DNA from: a virus
Taxonomy: Duplodnaviria > Caudoviricetes
Length of the DNA: 29,479 bases
Virus record (IMG/VR): IMGVR_UViG_3300012942_000107
Coordinates: 1 to 29,479 of that record
Reading direction: 5' to 3' (one strand)
The notes under the pieces are model-generated. The model did not search any database, had not been told where the DNA came from, and was given only the letters and a program-made list of their open reading frames with translations. Both the position numbers and the translations under genes were made by a program. Of the stretch, positions 15,975 to 22,523 are shown in pieces (positions within the stretch are counted from its first letter, which is position 1; every line of letters starts with the position of its first letter).

Positions 15975-16150
15975 CACAGCCTCCCCTCGGCGCGCTTCTC
16001 GGCCCAGCCGAGCGCGAAGATCGTGTTCCACGCCCGGATATGGACCGGGTTGCTATAATCGAACGGGACGACGCCCGGCGCGAACGGCGGCGGATCGCGG
16101 CCGTTGTCATTGGCAGCGCGGGGCGGAAACGGTATGACGTTCGAAGCCAT
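15974..16150 (-). CDS. Hypothetical protein (58 aa, not in ORF track)
   Basis: GGAG SD; MASNVIPFPPRAANDNG...NPVHIRAWNTIFALG; first gene of the leftward island operon. Confidence 0.6.
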   Translation of the reverse strand: MASNVIPFPPRAANDNGRDPPPFAPGVVPFDYSNPVHIRAWNTIFALGWAEKRAEGRL

Positions 16151-16218
16151 GATCGATCTCCAAGGGATCGGTTGCGGTCAGGGCCGGGCGGGTGTTGGTA
16201 GCGCCCGTTCGGCCTGTC

Positions 16219-16262
16219 CTACGTATGCTCCGTATTGCCTACGGTGTCAACGGGTGCTACGT
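16219..16262. promoter_or_regulatory. Divergent promoter/operator region of the island
   Basis: TTGACA on the minus strand at 16245-16250; five CTACG-like hexamers at 16219, 16228, 16239, 16248 and 16257. Confidence 0.55.
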
Positions 16263-16269
16263 AGAAAAT

Positions 16270-16419
16270 ATGAGCAGCGATCCCATGAAGCGATTTGAGA
16301 TGCTCGCGCCTCCCGCATGGATCGCGCGCGTGGACGAATGGCGTCGCCAGCAACCGGACCTGCCTTCTCGCGCCGAAGCGATCCGCCGCCTGGTCGAGAA
16401 AGGGCTTGATCGGGAGTGA
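16270..16419 (+). CDS. CopG/RHH-like repressor (49 aa)
   Basis: RFEM......ARVDEWRR.Q.DLPSRAEAIRRLVE.GL. Confidence 0.8.
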   Translation: MSSDPMKRFEMLAPPAWIARVDEWRRQQPDLPSRAEAIRRLVEKGLDRE

Positions 16420-16634
16420 ATCGCAAGCAAAAGGCCGCCGCCAAAGGGCGGAACGAAGTCAGGAAGCTGCTTGCCGGGGTTGTCAGCAATGGCGGCTTTG
16501 GCTTGATCGTCTGGGGTGCGGCGGCCATCTACAGGCGCTCACCCGGCGTATCCTACGTTCTATGGATCGGGGTGGGCGTCATGCTCGTTATGGTTTCGTG
16601 CGCGATCGTGCGCTATATAGAGCCGGAGGAGTGA
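16416..16634 (+). CDS. Small membrane protein (2 TM)
   Basis: GTGA coupling; two hydrophobic segments. Confidence 0.55.
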   Translation: MNRKQKAAAKGRNEVRKLLAGVVSNGGFGLIVWGAAAIYRRSPGVSYVLWIGVGVMLVMVSCAIVRYIEPEE

Positions 16635-16638
16635 ACGG

Positions 16639-16755
16639 ATGAACCTCTATCAGAACCTTCCCCCGGTGATCGCACTGGCTCTCGCGCTGGCGGCATGGGG
16701 TGCCGTGGCGCTGCAATCCCGCGCGGCAAAGAAGCATGTCCACGATCGGGATTGA
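16639..16755 (+). CDS. Small membrane peptide (38 aa)
   Basis: GGAG SD; MNLYQNLPPVIALALALAAWGAVALQSRAAKKHVHDRD. Confidence 0.45.
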   Translation: MNLYQNLPPVIALALALAAWGAVALQSRAAKKHVHDRD

Positions 16756-16957
16756 TCCTCGCTTATACGAGGTTCGGATCGCGCCACATGATCTCGGCTA
16801 CATCGCCGTCGTCCCCGAACTGCCGGGCTGCATGTCCGATGGTGAAACGCCCGAGGAGGCGCTTGCGAACGGATATGACGCGGCCGGTGCGTGGATCGAG
16901 GCGGCGCGCGAGATGGGTCGTGAAGTTCCTACTCCGATGCGTCGCGCCTACGCCTGA
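16736..16957 (+). CDS. hicB: HicB-family antitoxin domain (orphan)
   Basis: GYIAVVPELPGCMSDGETPEEALAN..DA...WIE......R.VP.P. Confidence 0.85.
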   Translation: MSTIGIDPRLYEVRIAPHDLGYIAVVPELPGCMSDGETPEEALANGYDAAGAWIEAAREMGREVPTPMRRAYA

Positions 16958-17016
16958 CCGGGATTGATTCCCGCCCTCTCTGACGCGTAGGCTCGCCCTC
17001 TCAATGGGAGGAGCCA

Positions 17017-17316
17017 ATGATTCTGCTCGCGGCGATGTTGGCGGCTTCGGCAAATTATGATGCCGCGATCATCGCCGAGGCGAAGACGAGCATCGCTAAC
17101 GAATTGCTCGATCCGCAGGCAGCGCAGTTTCGCGGCATCCATGTCGTCCCCGGTGCCAACGGCGGCAGGAAGGTTTGCGGCGAGGTGAACGGCAAGAACA
17201 GCTATGGTGGCTATGTTGGCTTCCGTGGCTTTGCTTACGAAGGCGCATATCACACCGGAGCGATCAAAAATCCGGATGAGATCACGATTTATGAAACAAT
17301 GGCGAAGGGGTGCTAA
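17017..17316 (+). CDS. Secreted/periplasmic moron protein
   Basis: GGAGG SD, signal-like N-terminus, L.DP..AQFR and VCGEVNGKNSYGGYVGF motifs, terminal Cys. Confidence 0.7.
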   Translation: MILLAAMLAASANYDAAIIAEAKTSIANELLDPQAAQFRGIHVVPGANGGRKVCGEVNGKNSYGGYVGFRGFAYEGAYHTGAIKNPDEITIYETMAKGC

Positions 17317-17588
17317 GCCTTTTCGCCTCCATCCCCCTCCCGCATCTTCCGCTCGATCATCCTGGTCCGCGCCACCATCTCGCGACGCCGCCGATCGGCT
17401 GGCGCGTCGGCCGTTCGCCTCACCATCTCGCCCATATCCGGTAGCAGGCGCACGTTCATGGCGAGCACTTCGGATTCGGTATCGCCGGTAAGATCGGCGG
17501 CGATGCCCTCGATCGCCTCGCGCGACAGCACGCCATCGGCATAGAGCCGCTCGATCAGCGACAGGAGGAGGACGCGATCCGCCGACAT
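17313..17588 (-). CDS. Hypothetical protein (91 aa)
   Basis: Fills the gap; TAGGCT box 8 nt before ATG; convergent stop overlap. Confidence 0.5.
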   Translation of the reverse strand: MSADRVLLLSLIERLYADGVLSREAIEGIAADLTGDTESEVLAMNVRLLPDMGEMVRRTADAPADRRRREMVARTRMIERKMREGDGGEKA

Positions 17589-17627
17589 TCGGACGCAGCC
17601 TAGCCCAAGCGCAGGCGAGATGCACGC

Positions 17628-17662
17628 CCGCCGTAATCGGGGCTTCGGCCCGGCCCTACCCT
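17628..17662 (+). promoter_or_regulatory. Putative late promoter for the tail operon
   Basis: CCGCCGTAATC 17628-17638, TACCCT 17657-17662, short leader with GGAG. Confidence 0.75.
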
Positions 17663-17690
17663 CCCGGCAAATCATCGCCGGGAGCGCGCA

Positions 17691-18128
17691 ATGTCGGAGC
17701 CCAACACGATCGAGTTCGGCGTCCTCAAGATGGGCGATGGAGCCGATCCCGAAGGCTTCACGTCGATTTGCGGCCTGAATACGACCGGCTTCAACCGCAC
17801 CGTCGAAAGCACCGATCGCTACATCCGTGATTGCACCGCGCCCGCCACTCCGCCCAACCGGCGCGTCAAGGTGACGGGGCGGAAGTGGGATTTGACCGGC
17901 TCAGGCTATTTCAACATGGGTCAGCAGGCCGACATCGAAGCCGCGATCGGCGTCAAAAAGAGTTGGCAGTTCGTCGTCATGGATGACGACGGCACCACGC
18001 CGCTCGGCACATGGGCGGGGTCGGGCGTGATGACGGCCGCGAACATCGCCACCAGCGAAAACGATCTCGGCACGCTGGAACTGACGATCGCCTCCGATGG
18101 CGCATGGACCTACACGGCGGCGAGCTGA
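17691..18128 (+). CDS. Major tail tube protein
   Basis: GDGA.PE.F..ICG, DC..P, ..GSG, ..I.SDG....T; first gene of the tail module. Confidence 0.88.
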   Translation: MSEPNTIEFGVLKMGDGADPEGFTSICGLNTTGFNRTVESTDRYIRDCTAPATPPNRRVKVTGRKWDLTGSGYFNMGQQADIEAAIGVKKSWQFVVMDDDGTTPLGTWAGSGVMTAANIATSENDLGTLELTIASDGAWTYTAAS

Positions 18129-18601
18129 TGCCCCTCACCGAAATCGAGCTTCCTTTCGGCGACGGCGATTATCTCTTCGCGCTGAAACTGCCCCAGCTCG
18201 AAGAATTGCAGGAAAGGCGCGGGACCGGAATCTTCCGCATCTACGGCCGCGTGCTGGCGGGCCGGGCAGTGCTGCCGACCGGCGAGGCGATCGGGTTCGC
18301 CGAACAGGGAGAGGCCTTCGCCGAGGACATTTACGAGACGATCCGGCTCGCGCTGATCGGCGGCGGGCGCGGCCTTGTGGACGGCAAGGAGGTGGCAGTC
18401 TCTCCGCTCACCGCGCGCAAGCTGGTGGAGCGCTACGCCCACCCGGCTCCGCTGAGCGAGGTATGGACCATCGCCGCCGCGATCCTGGCGGTGAAGATCA
18501 AGGGATACGACCCCGGCCCAAAAGCCGAGCCGGCCCAGGAGCCGGCAAAGCCCACAGGCAAAGGATCAGCGAAGGGTTCGACCCGGAAGACGCGATCGTA
18601 A
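18128..18601 (+). CDS. Tail assembly chaperone (GTA-gp10-like)
   Basis: FGDG.Y.F.L....LEELQ, ETIRL.LIGGG, A..LV.RY; between tube and tape measure. Confidence 0.8.
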   Translation: MPLTEIELPFGDGDYLFALKLPQLEELQERRGTGIFRIYGRVLAGRAVLPTGEAIGFAEQGEAFAEDIYETIRLALIGGGRGLVDGKEVAVSPLTARKLVERYAHPAPLSEVWTIAAAILAVKIKGYDPGPKAEPAQEPAKPTGKGSAKGSTRKTRS

Positions 18602-18762
18602 ACTGCGGCGCGATGGGGATCCCCTACGCGGAGCAGACGTGGTGGAGCTACACGGCGTCTCTTTGGGAGCATAACGACCGGCTGAGAGAGCGCGACAAGC
18701 CGGACCTGCCCGATCCCGAGAAAGCGCGGCGCGCGATGCTGGCGGCGGAAGGCCATTGCTGA
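18517..18762 (+). other. -1 programmed frameshift site (C CCA AAA) and chaperone extension
   Basis: X XXY YYZ heptamer at 18517-18523 in the correct phase; the -1 frame stays open to TGA 18762, which overlaps the TMP ATG. Confidence 0.7.
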
Positions 18763-20858
18763 TGGTGGATGATGCGAACCGGGTTGTCGTCCAGCTTATC
18801 GGAGACACCTCCGATCTGACGGGCAAATCGAACGCGGCGGCGCGATCTTTCGACCGTTCGATGTCCACGATCGAGGCGGCCGCGAGCCGCGCGGAAGGGG
18901 CCATCCGCACCTCTCATCACAGCATGGCGGAGTCCGCCAACGGCGCGGCTGGCGCGCAGATGATCCTGAACTCGGTGATCCGCCGCACGACCGATCAAAT
19001 CGCGGCCGGCGCTCCGGTGGCGACGATTTTTGCGGAACATATCGGCGCATTGGCTGAAGCGGCCGAGTTCGCGGGAGGATCACTAGGGGGCGTCGGCGCA
19101 TTTTTGGCGGGACCGTGGGGCATTGCGCTTTCGGCTGCGGCGTCGGTCGCGGCCATTCTGGCGCAGCGGTTATTTGAAACCGGGGACGCCGCACACGAGG
19201 CCGATGATGGGCTCAAGGCATTCCAGCACCGTCAGGCTGACATCGGATCGTTCATCGACGCGACAACCGGCAAACTGATCCACCAGAACGAGGTGCTGGT
19301 CCAAAATGCCATGCTGACGCGCGGAGAAAGCATCAGGAAAAATAGTCAGCATATCGTAGATTTGCGCGACAAGGCGTTCGGGGCGGTGAGTAAGGCATCT
19401 GTCACGGGCGAACGATTCACGGCAGAGCGCCAGCCCGGCGAGAAAACCTTCGACGTTGATCTGGTGAACGCCATATCGGGCGCTAACGGCAGCGTTATCC
19501 GCCTCAATAAGAATATGACGGAACTGGCGAAGCGCCGTCCCGACCTAAAGGGTCTAGCCGATCAGGTTAACAACCTTGCCGCCCAAGCGGCGAGTAGCGC
19601 CGAGGCCTCCGCCAAGGCGCGCGGCGAGATGGTGGAGCTCCAAACCGCTGTTCGGGGCGGCACGGTTTTGACGGCTGGCCTCGTCGAGCAACAGGTTCAC
19701 CTCGCCACGGCGCGCACCGCCGTTGCCAGGGCGCAGGAGCATCTCAACGAGGTCGAGAGGCGCGGTCGTGAAATCGATCGCATGAATGCCGGAGACGAGA
19801 AGAACAGGGCGCTGGAGCAGTTCCGTCGCGATCTCACCGACGCCACAATAGCCGTCCAGCAAGCCCAGGACGCTCAGAAATCTGCGGCCGAAACCCATCG
19901 GGAGCATGCTCGCGCTGCGCGTGAAAGCGCAAAGGCGATACGGGATAACGCGAAGGAAGAGCGCGAGCTTGAATCTTCGCTCAGGAGCTTACGGGCTGAA
20001 CTCGATCCACTGAGTTCAGCTTGGGAACATTATCTCTCCACACTCGATCAAATCGCCAAATTGCAGGCATCAGGCAAACTTGATGCCGCAACCGCAGGTC
20101 AATATCGGCGGGCCGCCGTCAAGAAAGAAATCGAAACAAACATCGCCGATACCAATAAGGAAGATAAAGCCGCGCGCGATAATGCTTTCAAGGATATCTA
20201 TGGCGGCCCGAGCTTGTATGTTGGCGCGCCCGACAAGCTCCCCACCCGTGAATCCGAAGATGCGGTGCGAAACTCGATCCTCGGCGATCCGAAGGTCATC
20301 AGCGAGCAGCAGCGCCAGATTCAATCGCTCGCCAATTTCTATGAGCGCGCCTTCGAGGGCGGCACGCACGGGATTTGGGATGCGTTCAAGCGCGACGGGG
20401 AACGCGCCGTCGCCTACGCGCTGGCGAAGTTCACCCTGACGCAAGCGGGCAGCCTGTTCGGCAAGAAGGGCGCGTCCTCCGGCGGCGGGATTTCGTCCTT
20501 TCTTGGCGATATCGCGATGGCCTTCGGTCGCGCCTCGGGCGGCTATGTGGGGCCGGGCAGCCTCCACCGCGTCAACGAGGGCAGCGGCGGCGTCGAGCTG
20601 CTGAAAATGGGCAGTCAGGGCGGGAAGATCATCCCGCTGGGAGAGACGAAAGCGGCGTCTCGTGGTGGTGGCGTCACGGTGCTTCAAAGCATCAATGTGG
20701 ATTCCAGAGGGGCGGTGATGAACGATGAGTTCGCGAGCCTCATCCTCACGCGCGCCGGGCAGCACGCGCAACAGATCAGCGCGGCCTACAGCGGTGTTGC
20801 CGTCCGCGCCGCTCCCGGCGCTGTGCAGCGGACGCAGACGCTCGGCACGCCGCCGTAA
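18762..20858 (+). CDS. Tape measure protein
   Basis: About 700 aa, Ala-rich helical; FL.GPWG, RA.GG.V..G....VNE...EL C-terminal motif. Confidence 0.9.
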   Translation: MVDDANRVVVQLIGDTSDLTGKSNAAARSFDRSMSTIEAAASRAEGAIRTSHHSMAESANGAAGAQMILNSVIRRTTDQIAAGAPVATIFAEHIGALAEAAEFAGGSLGGVGAFLAGPWGIALSAAASVAAILAQRLFETGDAAHEADDGLKAFQHRQADIGSFIDATTGKLIHQNEVLVQNAMLTRGESIRKNSQHIVDLRDKAFGAVSKASVTGERFTAERQPGEKTFDVDLVNAISGANGSVIRLNKNMTELAKRRPDLKGLADQVNNLAAQAASSAEASAKARGEMVELQTAVRGGTVLTAGLVEQQVHLATARTAVARAQEHLNEVERRGREIDRMNAGDEKNRALEQFRRDLTDATIAVQQAQDAQKSAAETHREHARAARESAKAIRDNAKEERELESSLRSLRAELDPLSSAWEHYLSTLDQIAKLQASGKLDAATAGQYRRAAVKKEIETNIADTNKEDKAARDNAFKDIYGGPSLYVGAPDKLPTRESEDAVRNSILGDPKVISEQQRQIQSLANFYERAFEGGTHGIWDAFKRDGERAVAYALAKFTLTQAGSLFGKKGASSGGGISSFLGDIAMAFGRASGGYVGPGSLHRVNEGSGGVELLKMGSQGGKIIPLGETKAASRGGGVTVLQSINVDSRGAVMNDEFASLILTRAGQHAQQISAAYSGVAVRAAPGAVQRTQTLGTPP

Positions 20859-20884
20859 TCGCCGAATGGGCGCGGTCATAGCGT
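20850..20884 (+). promoter_or_regulatory. Putative late promoter, leaderless tail-tip mRNA
   Basis: CCGCCGTAATC overlapping the TMP stop, TAGCGT 20879-20884, ATG 6 nt later. Confidence 0.75.
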
Positions 20885-20890
20885 CGCTGC

Positions 20891-21604
20891 ATGTCCGGCC
20901 TGCGCACCCTTCATTTGTGCCAATTCAACTTCGCCGATCAGGACATCACCGTTGTCGGATCGGAAATCACCGCCGGTCCCTCGCTTTCCGGGATCGAAGA
21001 GCCGATCGCGACGGACGGCGGCGGCTTCTGGCAAGCCGCTTTCAGCAACGCGGACTTCGGCGGACCCGACGATGACGATCGCGCCGCGACGCTGGCGTGG
21101 CGGGCGATCAATGCGGGGCTGAGCGGCGGCCAGCGCGCGATCGTGCGCTTCTGCGACAGGTTGCATCAGCCGGTATTGGATCGTGCGACAGTGCCGCATA
21201 GCGACGGCACGCCGTTCAGCGACGACAGCGAATATGTCTCGCCAGGCTCATCCGCCACCGTGCTTGCGGTCGTAAACGGCGAGGCGGACGGGCTCAACGC
21301 CACGATCATAGACATATCGCTCGCTTCCGAACGGCCGCTGATCGGCGGTGAGAGGTTCACGCACGTCCATGCCATCTGGCTTGACCGCTGCTACGAGATC
21401 AGCGCGATCGAGCCGCTGGACACGGGGCTTCGGATCACGTTCCAGCCGCCGATCCGGGGCGGCATCGCGGCGGGCGATCCGCTCGACTTCGGCGATCCGC
21501 GCTGCGTCATGCGCCGCGCATCCCAGCCGACGAACGCGCTCAATCTCGGCCGCTTCTCCTCCGCCTCGATCACCTTCGTCGAAGACATGAGGCCGCCGGC
21601 ATGA
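20891..21604 (+). CDS. Distal tail protein-like
   Basis: Follows TMP; GGG.W, HSDGTPFSD, F.PP.R, F..PRC.M, F.E motifs. Confidence 0.65.
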   Translation: MSGLRTLHLCQFNFADQDITVVGSEITAGPSLSGIEEPIATDGGGFWQAAFSNADFGGPDDDDRAATLAWRAINAGLSGGQRAIVRFCDRLHQPVLDRATVPHSDGTPFSDDSEYVSPGSSATVLAVVNGEADGLNATIIDISLASERPLIGGERFTHVHAIWLDRCYEISAIEPLDTGLRITFQPPIRGGIAAGDPLDFGDPRCVMRRASQPTNALNLGRFSSASITFVEDMRPPA

Positions 21605-22152
21605 AAGAGAGCTGGCTTGTCCGGATCGACAGCGATCCTCCGGCGCGCATCGCCGCCACGGTCAACCCGCGCCGCATTCCGGCCGATCATGTCGAAAGCG
21701 AGGACGGGGCGCTCTATCTCGGCGGCGCAGCGCTACTCAATATCCCCGAATTGCAGGCGCTCATCAACGACATCGCCGACAGGATCAGCATCACCATCTC
21801 CGGCGTCTCCGCGGCCGCGATGGCGATGGCGGTGGAGGAAAGCCCCGCCATCAAGGGCTGCGACCTCCATATCGGCCGCGTCTCTTTCGATGATGCGTGG
21901 CAGGTCGAATCCGTCACCTGGCTTCGCACATACCGCATCGACAAGATCACCACCGATCGCGGGCAGGGCCAGAACGGCGCGACGCGGACGATCACGCTTT
22001 CGCTGGGCAGCGACAACACCGGACGGTCGAGCGCGCCCAACGCCTTCTTCACCGCGGTGGATCAGGCTCGGCGCTCGCCGACCGACAAGTTCTTCGATCA
22101 TGTCGCCAATATGCAGAACGCGGCGCGGCGCTTCGGGCTGCGGGACGATTGA
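21601..22152 (+). CDS. Tail tip/hub protein
   Basis: YLG.A.L, DQ..RSP.D.FFD motifs; coupled position. Confidence 0.6.
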   Translation: MKESWLVRIDSDPPARIAATVNPRRIPADHVESEDGALYLGGAALLNIPELQALINDIADRISITISGVSAAAMAMAVEESPAIKGCDLHIGRVSFDDAWQVESVTWLRTYRIDKITTDRGQGQNGATRTITLSLGSDNTGRSSAPNAFFTAVDQARRSPTDKFFDHVANMQNAARRFGLRDD

Positions 22153-22523
22153 TGCGGGTCGGGGATTTCCTTCTCGCGCAGGCGTCGAACCGTGCGCCGT
22201 GGAATTGCAGCACGCTCGCCGCCGACTGGTGCATGGCGCTCGGCCATCCCGACTTCGCCGAGGAATGGCGCGAGGTGACGGACGAGGCCGAATGCGCCGC
22301 CGTCGCTGCGGATGGACTCGTTCCGCTGTGGGATATCGGGATCTGCGACGCGCTGCCAGTGGTGGAAGGCGAGCTTGAGGCGGGCGATATCGCGGTGGTC
22401 TCGGCGCACGGTATGGAGGCGGGCGCGATCTGGACGGGCGAGCGTTGGGCGATGCGGTTGCCGCGCGGCATCCTGTGCGCCGCGCCGGATGCGGTCTCCG
22501 TCGCCAAGGCGTGGCGGCCGTGA
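22152..22523 (+). CDS. Tail assembly protein, NlpC/P60-like (DUF6950-like)
   Basis: WNC...AADW, GDIAVV, GAI..G.RW, AWR end. Confidence 0.65.
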   Translation: MRVGDFLLAQASNRAPWNCSTLAADWCMALGHPDFAEEWREVTDEAECAAVAADGLVPLWDIGICDALPVVEGELEAGDIAVVSAHGMEAGAIWTGERWAMRLPRGILCAAPDAVSVAKAWRP

